The notes beneath the pieces were generated by a model. It was not told where the DNA came from, ran no database searches, and saw only the letters and a program-made list of their open reading frames with translations. Of a DNA stretch of 64,000 bases, positions 52,813 through 64,000 are shown piece after piece. The translations under genes were made by a program, and so were the position numbers. Source of the stretch: Hormiphora californensis (lineage: Eukaryota > Animalia > Ctenophora); contig CM035353.1 of assembly GCA_020137815.1 (NCBI GenBank), positions 4,464,001-4,528,000 on the forward strand. The letters are read 5' to 3'. The first letter of the stretch is position 1; each line of letters opens with the position of its first letter.

Positions 52813-53034
52813 CAAATTTAGAGCAAAAACTAATTGAAATTAGTTCGCCAGAAAGGTGGCCCATTTTGAACTTACTCCTTCATTTCCGTCACCTTTGAGT
52901 TGAAGGCGGAAAAGTTTACAGATACCTCAATGTCTTTGAAGCCTCAACTCAAAGGTGACGGAAATGAAGGAGTAAGTTCAAAATGGGCCACCTTTCTGGC
53001 GAACTAATTTCAATTAGTTTTTGCTCTAAATATG
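52813..53034. mobile_element. 222-bp palindromic MITE with TA TSD
   Basis: ta|caaatttagagcaaaaactaattg ... caattagtttttgctctaaatatg|ta; ~90-bp arms. Confidence 0.85.
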
Positions 53035-53784
53035 TAGATACTAGTTTAGTAGATTTTACAGATTGATATGTTTGTCATATTACTAAACCGACCCCATGTT
53101 TCCCTATTATACATAGTGTGATAACGCAATAATAGTGGATAACAACAACGGAAGCATGAAGTACCTCGAATGAATGATTTTGAAGAGTTCAAACTGTGTT
53201 TAACATGCCTCGTTTCATCTTTGCGCGTGCTAAACCAATGTTTGGGGTAGGATTGTGCACCTCGGTTGCGCGGTGTACAGTCAGTGTAGGACAATTTCAT
53301 CGGAGTCTGCCGGCATCAGAGTAATGAAGGTACGGGACTACGTGGATAACGCTATAACATCTGATATGGGAACCACAAATGCGACGAAATTGCAGTTCGA
53401 GTTTTCATTCCATGGCATGGGGATGAAATATTCCTCACAGTGTCTTGACTGACTTTTCATTGTAAATTGTGAACTGTCAAGCAAGGCAAAAACTTTATGT
53501 TGAATGAACTAATGATTAATTAAGTTACCAGTATGATTATTAAAGTAGTCCATTAATTGATGGGTTTCCTGCGGGATACAGTCCTTACACGCACTGACCA
53601 CACAAATTTGTGCAGGAAAGATTTGAAAAATTTATCAATCATTGAGAACTGGTGGACCAGCCGGAGATAAGTTGGAACTTGGAAACTGCGTTCGAGTGCA
53701 CGGTTATATACTACTACATGTTTCAAGCTCAGCAATTTGGACAGATACTCGACCTCTGCTTGAATTCCCGCATTCTTTCCGGTC

Positions 53785-53900
53785 AATCCTTGTGGTTGGT
53801 GATTCAATGCTTCGATATACAGTTCCTACATCACCTCATCACGAGGACCGGAACTTTCAGAGTTCTTTTCAGTCATTAAAGGTACAGTTTTACCCCGGGA
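53785..53900 (+). pseudogene. SGNH/GDSL esterase N-terminal motif fragment (LINE ORF1-like)
   Basis: SILVVGDSMLRY...KVQFYPG. Confidence 0.55.
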
Positions 53901-54738
53901 TGGAATCAAAGTGGTAATACAATTGCTACCCAACAACAACCTGACAGAAAAAGTCGCCGGCCCTTCTCTGCAATCTCATCACGAGGACCGGAACTTTCAG
54001 AGTTCTTTTCAGTCATTAAACTAATAGCAGACGAAATGACATACTAAGTATCAAATAATAAGGGTTTATTCTGTTGAAAAGATAAGATTACAGTTGACTA
54101 ATGGGTGAACTGAATACATTCTAGAATGGTTTCATTTCACAGAATTGTGTATTATTAATCTTAGTTTAACTTTACAGTTTACACTATAACAATCCCTCCG
54201 CCCTTTCTTTACCCCGCCACCCCTTTCATACTGCTTAGGAACCCCTACCCAACAAATATTTCTGTTCGAACCCGTATTGTGATTTTTTTCCTGTCTTTAT
54301 ATGGGCCCTGCGCGCTTGCCAGCGCTATGATCATGTTCTTTCTTGTATTATATTGTATATATTTGTATTATATAAAGTATGTTTGTTCATTGGTGGGTCT
54401 AGACTTTTATAATTGTTTTATTCATCTTCTTTTGTCATCTTCTTTTTCATCTTCTTTTAGTATTCTTATTCTTATTTTCGTTCCATTGACCGATATTAAA
54501 TCATTTTCCAAACTGTTGTAACTTTACATAGTAACTTAAATTGTCAGTGAAAAGAGTTTGCCATCATATTTATTTACTTGTTTTTATTCAGTTTTCTTCT
54601 TCTTTCTTTTAAATCACATCTTCATTTTATTTACATTTTTCAATTGTTTTTTCATCTTTTGATTGACACAACAATTTTTTTTATCATTTGATTGACAAAA
54701 TTACTGTTTTATGATATTTACATATTGATAGTAAGATG

Positions 54739-54833
54739 TTGGTGGCGCCGTCACCTCTTTACAACTCAGCCCGCTTGTGGGCTTTGTTTTGGCGTGCTAC
54801 ACGAGGGAGTTGTAAGGGTGACTGCGTCACCAA
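54739..54833. mobile_element. 95-bp MITE, TTGGTG...CACCAA termini, 9-bp TSD AGTAAGATG (Mutator-like)
   Basis: agtaagatg|ttggtggcgccgtcacc ... ggtgactgcgtcaccaa|agtaagatg. Confidence 0.85.
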
Positions 54834-55063
54834 AGTAAGATGGGAGGTTTCTGTTTCCTGGAATTGCTTAGTTACTTTTTGAGTTTGACTGCTGATAAAT
54901 ATATTTCGGATTTTAACAATCGATTTGTGTGTTGCTAGCGTTCGAGAAGGTATTCCCTTAGAAAAGATGAAAAAGGTGGACCGTATTGAGGAAATGACAT
55001 TCTCAAACTTGGATGCAATTCTGGAGAGTGGCTATAGGACAACTTACATGAACTCTTAAACGG

Positions 55064-55345
55064 TTGGAGCTTTTGTCCTTTCCAGAACTTTTCTGCCACG
55101 GTACAGGGAGCTTGCATGATGATAGGCCTCAAGAAATTAAATGCGGTCCAGCTCAATATTGCAAAACCCGGTTGCTCTCTGCAGACGCTCGTTTTAGGCA
55201 TAATCTCCAGTATGTCTTTTTCGTTGCTGGTGAGCAGATGTGCCGTAAAATATCCCAAAGCATATACGGTGCCCTTAGAAATGTACACGGGCTCGATAAG
55301 TTAACTTCGGGCGAACTTTTAAAAAAGATCAAGAACAACGATGAC
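55064..55345 (+). pseudogene. Helitron/Helentron Rep N-terminal fragment
   Basis: ELLSFPELFCHGTG...YCKTRLLSADARFRHNLQYVFF matches FP-x-LF-x-x-G...RL...D-x-RF...Y-x-FF. Confidence 0.85.
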
Positions 55346-55997
55346 GTTAGTAAGAGAAGAATAAGATATTAAAGAAATGACATTCGCAAACATAAACGTC
55401 TTACGACATAATATCAGAGTTATAGAACTGTACTTCATTATAAGTGTAATGTTGGAATATATAGATGTATAATGAATTACTCAAGTCGAATAGAGAGAGA
55501 GAGAGAGTCGGAGGAGTGGGATCGTATTCGGGCATTATAATGAGACAGATGCTAAACCCCACTGTAAAGGGTCGACTGTTAAACTTCGGAATCCATTATC
55601 AAATAAAGGATTTGACGCTGTAAAAAATGCAATAAAGACCTTTCGATACCTTTACCTGTTGGTAAGAAGCTCACGTTGGTGCTCCGTAACTTAACTCTCA
55701 TGTGGTAGTAGTTCTATGAAATTAGTTATTTCTCTCTCACACTCTCTTTCTCAAGTCCATTACAAATTCCAATACAATACACAATTGAAATCGAAGGAAA
55801 TTGAATTGTTCGTGAGCATTAGCAAGCATTAGTGCTTCTGGAACACATTAGGGAAAATTTAAAGAGAGGGAGGTGTAAGATCACGTGATCCAAAGGTGAC
55901 CTTTAAAAACCCCTTCCAATTCCCTCCACCTAACCCCTGCACTCCCTTGCCTAGCTACTAGCTAGATTGTGTCAAGCACTCCTGTGTCTGTATAGTA

Positions 55998-56527
55998 ATG
56001 CCGATCGTGGAATGTTATTCCATATGTGCGGAACTTCAAACCCGAACAAAACGATATCGGTAAGTGTCTCCTCCTACCTTTAAGATTTTGTCCACTCTAG
56101 CTTTAATTGTATAATCATGGTCATTTTATTTGTAATTAATCCCTCTTCTCTAAGCAATTCTAACCACCTCTTCTCTTGTACACAGGAAGTTGTTCACTGA
56201 TATCGGGACCTTGGTGGCTTTTGACTTGTCTATCAAATTGCCCATCGGCAAAATGTTGACTTTAGTACTACGCAAGCCCCCGAAGAATACACGGCCCAGT
56301 GTCATCCTGGTAAGTTTATCTTCTCACACGAAAGTCATATTAGATTGAAAAAATGCTTGAATCATATTGAATTAAAACGTTGATAATGCTAATAATTACA
56401 TCCCATTAGTGTTGTATCAAAGTGGCGGACGCAAGAGTGGATCATGATCACCGAGGATGATGGGAACACGGAGGATGAGGAACCTGTGAAGAGACGCCGC
56501 CTCTATTTCTGCACTGTTCCCAATTAG
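55998..56527 (+). CDS. Candidate 3-exon small gene (~96 aa, unknown function)
   Basis: Exons 55998-56059, 56186-56309, 56423-56527 with GTAAGT donors and AG acceptors splice to an open frame ending in acidic patch plus PVKRRRL; the third acceptor is ambiguous. Confidence 0.45.
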
Positions 56528-56798
56528 AGGAAGAACAATTCCACGGGAACAGTACATATTATGAAATAAGGAAATTTGTAAGAATTATAAAGGTGCTCTC
56601 TCTGGAGAGTAGTTGATCCAAACTGTATGAATTGGCGAGGGACAGTACATATAATTAGAAGGTATATTGTAGATTATCTTTAGATCCCATCAACTATCTT
56701 GCTCGTCTAATGGAAAATTCTGTGTGGTGGAGACACAAGAGAGGGACAAGTATAAATATCATCATTCCCCTAGATGATCTCTATACTTCGATTTGAAA

Positions 56799-57014
56799 AT
56801 GCATACTTGTGTCCATTGCGAACAACGCTTTTCGAATTACAACCAGTTTAGAGAGCATCAACTTACTTGTACTGCTAATGGACAATTTTGTCCAAGTTGT
56901 TTACTTGTGAGTGGTGGACTATCAAGGATTCAACGCTGTAAACAATGCAAAAAACAGCAGGAAATGATATATGTAGCCAACAGAAGAAACTGTGAGCCAC
57001 ATGATACCCAATAG
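56799..57014 (+). pseudogene. Short Cys-rich zinc-finger-like ORF
   Basis: MHTCVHCEQRFSNYNQFREHQLTC..CPSC..CKQC. Confidence 0.4.
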
Positions 57015-57438
57015 TATAGTTAGTTTAGTTTATATAATACTAGTGGACCAGTAACTACCACACATGACACCCCCCGCTGATCCTCCTCGACCAAACACCC
57101 CGCCACCTCAGCAACAGAGAGAGGATACCCCGGAGAGGAGGGATGTCAGGGAAAGACTGGGGAACAGAGATGAGGGAGTTCCACCTCCCGACCAGGCCCT
57201 CCGTTCAGAGCTGGCCATGGACTTTACCAAGCCAGACCTGACCTGTCTGGCGGCGCCAGACCCCATTTGATTCTCAAATTGGGGTCTGGTCTCACAGTTT
57301 TGAATTGCGTGAGCTGCGTGAGAACGCGCACACAGAATCTTAGCGCATTGAGTGCTACAATATGTCGTTCGCGCGTTACATAGAACAGGCCACTAGAGAC
57401 AGGAAGATGAGATGGAGTGTGTGAGAGAGAGTGAGTGT

Positions 57439-57605
<167 letters not shown>

Positions 57606-58382
57606 GAGTGTGAGAGAGAGAGAGAAACTAGAGATCCTCTCTTGTTATCAATTTGACCCCTCAAAGAGAGAGAGATAGAGGGAGAGAGAGAGAGAGAGAG
57701 AGAGAAACTAGAGTGTGAGTGAAAGAAACCATTGAGTAGGCACTCTTGTACTATGACTTCCCACGCCCCGGACGTGCCCCCCCCCCCCATACACAGTTAC
57801 CACCCCGTCCGCCTTTATACAACAATATGAAATTAAAACAACTCAATTTATTACCAAAAAAGTTACCAAACAAATGTTAACCAATTACCAGGAAGATGGA
57901 TAAAGTTTTCAACAACACACACACACACACACCCCACTCGTCTCTCTCACTCTCTCCTTTCCCTCTCTTGAGCTACGGGAAATTAATCGAAACATTTATC
58001 GAAACTAGTTTAGAATATTTCAAGATGTAACACTGTCAAACACATTCGCACACATCTCTCCACAGATCAAGATATAGGAAACTAACAATATGGGAATATG
58101 TCATTTCGATCCGATATACCGGGCAAAACCCTTTCCCCAAAACAGTGTTTGCGTTGTTCATTTTGAATGGTTTTTGCTCGAGCTTTCTTCGATCGAATTT
58201 GCTGATAAATGCTGCAGTGAAGATTTGGTACAGCAATATTTTCGTCCGGCAGCATCACAATGGGGCGTGGGCTGTTTGTTTCATCTTTCCGTATTGTACT
58301 TCTCAGCTCAGAAAATGCCTGTAACCAAGATACTGTTAGGGGAGTTAAGGGCAATTGGATTGGGGAAGATAATATAACAACA

Positions 58383-58540
58383 GGGGCTAGAAACAGGAAG
58401 GGTGATAGGGTGTCAGGGGTTAGAAACAGGGAGGGTGGTGGGGTGGCAGGGGTTAGAGACAGGGAGGGTGGTGGGGTGGCAGGGGTTAGAAACAGGGAGG
58501 GTGGTGGGGTGTCAGGGGTTAGAAATAGGGTAGGGTGGGC
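58383..58540. repeat. 33-bp G-rich minisatellite, ~4.5 copies
   Basis: ggggttagaaacagggagggtggtggggtgtca units. Confidence 0.85.
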
Positions 58541-58871
58541 GGAATAACCTGTTAAATTATCAATTGATATACAAATTAGTATGGACAATTGAAACTCGGA
58601 TCCGCGGAATTATTGCAGTCTCAAATTCTCATATTACAATGCCGATTGTCGATTCAGCACGAGAGAGCTCAACACTTTTGTAGCACACATTATGTAATAT
58701 ATTGTTAGTAACAAACACAGGCCGGGAGGTAAATTCAGAAAAACTAAATAACTGAAAACTTACATCATGCTTCATTGAGATGGACGCAGGCCATTCTTTG
58801 GGATAGAGTTTTCTTTGGGTCAGCCCATACCAACTTTATCAGTCTTGAATCTATCAAAAGAGAGATATGGT

Positions 58872-59009
<138 letters not shown>

Positions 59010-59760
59010 ATTAGAACGCCAGAACGGATCACGACACCGAATAGTACGAATGAGAATCGAGAGGTTCCAGATCGCAGTCTAGCCATCCTGAAGGAAGAGT
59101 ACGATGTCAGAGACACCAGCAGAGGCATAGTAGAAGATTTGGTGAAGGGGGTAGAGTACTGAGTATGATAAGAGCAATCGATACTCATAAACGTGCCTAA
59201 GAGAGAAGCTAATATAGAGCAGAAAGAGGTCATGAGGAATGGTCGAGGGATGTCACTTAATTACGTCCTGGTGATAAAAGGGCATACCTACCTGGAGGAT
59301 AAGTTACCATGTCAAGTTTTTCCAACCACAGTCATAGGCATATGAAGCGTAAATTATTGTGACACAAGAGTGGCACACAGTAGAGTATTATCTCAAGGGG
59401 GTAGAGTGGTTTGATAAGCAGTATACGGCTATATATAGAGGCTAAGATATAGAGGTCATGACATGGAATGGGTCGAGGGAATGTCAGCACTTTACTTACC
59501 GTCCTTGGTGATAAATGGGCAACCCATCCTGGCAGTGATAATCCATTTTTTTCATTTTTCACGCACCATTGTTCTCTATAGATGCTATAATATTGAAGTC
59601 TTCGTTAAAGATTATTGATTTAGGACAAAAATAAATTGAATAGGCACACAGTAAAGCAGATATCTCATCTACAATGACTAGGGGAGAGGGGGGTGTACAG
59701 AAGTATACCAAAAGTATACCATGGGATATACCAAAGTATACCATGGCCTGGATCCCCCCG

Positions 59761-61640
59761 GGCAGTTAACAGAGTGCAACTCTGTAGAAAGGGGAGAGAG
59801 AGGTGTACAGAAAGAATGTACATTACACACATTACTATGTAACAAAGAGGGGAGCTTGGAGAGATCAAAACAGGGCAGTTGACTGAGTGCAACTCTGTAG
59901 AAAGGGGAGAGAGAGGTGTACAGAAAGAATGTACATTACACACATTACTATGTAACAAAGAGGGGAGCTTGGAGAGATCAAAACAGGGCAGTTGACTGAG
60001 TGCAACTCTGTAGAAAGGGGAGAGAGAGGTGTACAGAAAGAATGTACATTACACACATTACTATGTAACAAAGAGGGGAGCTTGGAGATATCAAAACAGG
60101 GCAGTTGACTAAGTGCAACTCTGTAGAAAGAGCGGAGAGAGAGAGGTGTACAGAAAGAATGTACATTACACACATTACTATGTAACAAAGAGGGGAGCTT
60201 GGAGAGATCAAAACAGGGCAGTTGACTGAGTGCAACTCTGTAGAAAGGGGAGAGAGAGGTGTACAGAAAGAATGTACATTACACACATTACTATGTAACA
60301 AAGAGGGGAGCTTGGAGAGATCAAAACAGGGCAGTTAACAGAGTGCAACTCTGTAGAAAGAGCGGAGAGAGAGAGGTGTACAGAAAGAATGTACATTACA
60401 CACATTACTATGTAACAAAGAGGGGAGCTTGGAGATATCAAAACAGGGCAGTTGACTGAGTGCAACTCTGTAGAAAGAGCGGAGAGAGAGAGGTGTACAG
60501 AAAGAATGTACATTACACACATTACTATGTAACAAAGAGGGGAGCTTGGAGATATCAAAACAGGGCAGTTGACTAAGTGCAACTCTGTAGAAAGGGGAGA
60601 GAGAGAGGTGTACAGAAAGAATGTACATTACACACATTACTATGTAACAAAGAGGGGAGTTTGGAGAGATCAACACAGGGCAGTTGACTGAGTGCAACTC
60701 TGTAGAAAGGGGAGAGAGAGAGGTGTACAGAAAGAATGTACATTACACACGTTACTATGTAACAAAGAGGGGAGTTTGGAGAGATCAACACAGGGCAGTT
60801 GACTGAGTGCAACTCTGTAGAAAGGGGAGAGAGAGAGGTGTACAGAAAGAATGTACATTACACACATTACTATGTAACAAAGAGGGGAGTTTGGAGAGAT
60901 CAAAACAGGGCAGTTGACTGAGTGCAACTCTGTAGAAAGGGGAGAGAGAGAGGTGTACAGAAAGAATGTACATTACACACGTTACTATGTAACAAAGAGG
61001 GGAGCTTGGAGAGATCAAAACAGGGCAGTTGACAGAGTGCAACTCTGTAGAAAGGGGAGAGAGAGAGGTGTACAGAAAGAATGTACATTACACACATTAC
61101 TATGTAACAAAGAAGGGAGTTTGGAGAGATCAAAACAGGGCAGTTAACAGAGTGCAACTCTGTAGAAAGGGGAGAGAGAGGTGTACAGAAAGAATGTACA
61201 TTACACACGTTACTATGTAACAAAGAGGGGAGCTTGGAGAGATCAAAACAGGGCAGTTGACTAAGTGCAACTCTGTAGAAAGGGGAGAGAGAGAGGTGTA
61301 CAGAAAGAATGTACATTACACACGTTACTATGTAACAAAGAGGGGAGCTTGGAGATATCAAAACAGGGCAGTTGACTGAGTGCAACTCTGTAGAAAGGGG
61401 AGAGAGAGAGGTGTACAGAAAGAATGTACATTACACACAGTTACTATGTAACAAAGAGGGGAGCTTGGAGAGATCAAAACAGGGCAGTTGACTGAGTGCA
61501 ACTCTGTAGAAAGGGGAGAGAGAGAGGTGTACAGAAAGAATGTACATTACACACGTTACTATGTAACAAAGAGGGGAGCTTGGAGATATCAAAACAGGGC
61601 AGTTGACAGATTGCAACTCTGTAGAAAGAGCGGAGAGAGG
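59761..61640. repeat. Tandem minisatellite, 113-116-bp unit, ~16.5 copies
   Basis: gggcagttgactgagtgcaactctgtagaaagggg... repeated; lies inside the 57243-62587 element. Confidence 0.97.
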
Positions 61641-63280
61641 AACAGAAAAGCGGACAAAAAACACAGTCGCAGCAAGTGAAGAGTTGCACAAAGAGAGATA
61701 GAAGGAGGATGTAATGAGAGGGAGGGAGAGAGAGATACACTTTGGTTGCGGTCTTGCTGACCGGGTTAGCTAACAAATCAGAAGTAAAAACAAGGAACAA
61801 ACTGAACAAATGCAACAGAGCTGAAAGTGAGAAAAGGCGGGAGAACGGGACTGCAACTGTAGCTACTGGGGGTGCCAGACAGAACTTTGTTAAACTATGT
61901 ATGGCGGCGCCATACCCCCATTCGATTCTCAAGTTGATCTAAATCTGTACAGTGTGTAGGCGTGACGTTATATTTACTTTACTTCAAACAGCAATCCGAC
62001 AATACCGGGTTCCATCCATGATGGATACGAGGTTACTTTCGACACTTCGGTGTTGTACCACTTTGCAGGTTCACTCTGTGACCGATCGTGGTGTGCGTTT
62101 ATTATCTGAGATCCTGGTGTCGGATTGCTGTTTCTCGTGAACAAAGTTTTATATCAGACAAAGACAGTGGTTTCTGAAGAAGAATCAAATCAAACACATA
62201 ACAAGCAATCGCACATCTCCATTTTGAATTATTAAACACTGGAATCGCGAGTCTCTGTGACAAGAAACCCATATCAAAAACCCTCACTTGAGGTTTGTGT
62301 TTTTAAAGTGGCCGTTACCATTAATTCAAAAAAGTTTGTCGCGAAAACTTTTTTCAAAAAAAACTTGCAAAAAGTTGCCCGGCGAAATTTTTGAAATTTT
62401 GAAAACGCGATATTTTGAGGAAAACGCGCCGCGGCGTTGCAAAATACGCCTGATTTTTAGCGCGGCTCACTATTTGCGCGTGAAATCACGATCCCACCAG
62501 ATCACTCACGCAGCGTGATAAATTGTGACACCAGACCCTAATCTGAGCGCGCGACAGTGCGCTCAGATGGGTCGCGGCGCCAGACAGGACCTGACACACC
62601 ACGAGGTAATCAGATGGTGGGACCTCAGGATGGACATGATACCGAATACTATAATAGTTAGTTTAGCTTACATACTAGTGGACAATTATAACTTTATACA
62701 ATTTGAATTTAACTATTTCAATCCTGGTGATAGTGTCGCCAACGGTTTTTTTTCGTTTGAGCTCGTAAAGCACATGTTTCGTTCCTTGGCCCCCACACAC
62801 AGTTATCCGGGGTTTTTCCGGTCATTAACCCCCTTTTCAGCAACTATACAAACAAGAGAGGCAAGCCAAGGTACTACTAGGGCTGCCGACAATCCCGGAC
62901 GTATTGACTAACCGGGATCGACATCTCTCTGGTCTCTTATACCGATTGTTTATTTCACACCCAATAACAAAGACTCACTCGAGCCAGTTTCCGCGGTCAC
63001 ACCAGGACCGTATCTTGTATTTATTATTTAAGACACTACCCCCACGGGCCAGTTTATTATTGGATGAATGAAGTAGGTCAAGAATACCTTATTACCTAAA
63101 GAATTAAATCCGCAGTTGTGCAAGATATTGTATCAATAGTGTTGGACACCAAATTAAAAAGACCAATAATCAAGGAACCCGAAATTGTCCGTGTAAACAG
63201 AGCAGGGGATCGAAAGGACAGGTCAATGGGATTTATTAAATGTAATGTGAACACCTTTATAATAAACTACATTATGTATA

Positions 63281-63437
63281 CAGTCGGACCATTATTTACC
63301 AGCCCCTGATTTACCGGGATGATAAATTTCTCGCGATATTCGAAACTTACAGTATTTGGCACCAATACAATATACCAGAAACCAATATATTTGGCAAACC
63401 CTTTCCCCGACCATCCCAGTAAATCGTGGACCGACTG
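63281..63437. mobile_element. 157-bp pogo/Tigger-like MITE with TA TSD
   Basis: ta|cagtcggacc..atttac ... gtaaatcgtggaccgactg|ta. Confidence 0.8.
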
Positions 63438-64000
63438 TAGTAGGCTTACGACCTATAATGATATCTGAAACGTGACTTAACAACTGTGTCTCTTTCAGTC
63501 AGTGATATCCGATGACTAAACAGCTGTCCAATCTGGTTAAGAAAATCAAACAAAGACTGAGAGAATTTTACAGCTCAATATATATCAGTCTCTTATAATG
63601 TTAAAACACTGGGACCTGGGGAAATTATCGAAGCGGAAAGATGAATTAAATTTGGAGACGGCTGTTGGTAATGTCCTAGAGGAAACTAGTGGTGCCCAGT
63701 CGAACCTTATGGTATACAGAGCGAGCAAGACTACGTGCAATTAAAGACATTCAACCTCAACTATTCTCGAGTAGAAGATCACTGGTGGGCTATTAGGATA
63801 CAACCCCCTGTCGAGGAATGCTAGAATGGACAAGAACATTCCTAACGCCACGTGAGGCTGGGAGAGGTTCACGAGGAGCCAACAGTAGAAACTGTAAGTC
63901 TCATGATACCGATCCGAGTTAGTAGTACATAGTATAGTTTGTTATTATATCTATGGAAAAGTTACTACTTTAGTTTAACTATTCGAAAAAGCGAGCACCA

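Overview
Repeat-dense eukaryotic DNA, most likely invertebrate animal, from a scaffolded assembly (100-N gap at 48633-48732). I see no intact conserved housekeeping gene, rRNA, tRNA or CRISPR-cas locus. Much of the window (about 1-33 kb, 41-48.6 kb and 53-57 kb) is a patchwork of short (0.1-0.6 kb) internal fragments of unrelated mobile-element or virus-like genes. These include Polinton/adintovirus-type pPolB, KDZ/Zisupton-type CxC, piggyBac, CACTA, Helitron Rep, LINE RT/RNase H/esterase/zinc knuckle, LTR gag, SINA-type RING fingers and an alpha-kinase. They are stitched together by locally recurring non-coding modules. Every fragment I could recognise reads on the + strand, the pattern expected of a uni-strand piRNA-cluster-like transposon archive transcribed from the - strand; this interpretation is inference. 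Superimposed are younger, cleanly bounded insertions with target-site duplications (TSDs): two solo LTRs, a 1.34-kb Chapaev-like foldback, a TIR element with TTAGGG-containing subterminal arrays, a 2.4-kb TA-TSD element, a 5.3-kb 8-bp-TSD element carrying a minisatellite, and many MITEs. There are also three large tandem arrays (311, ~470 and ~114 bp units) and a candidate small 3-exon gene. All family assignments are by motif recognition by eye, not database searches.
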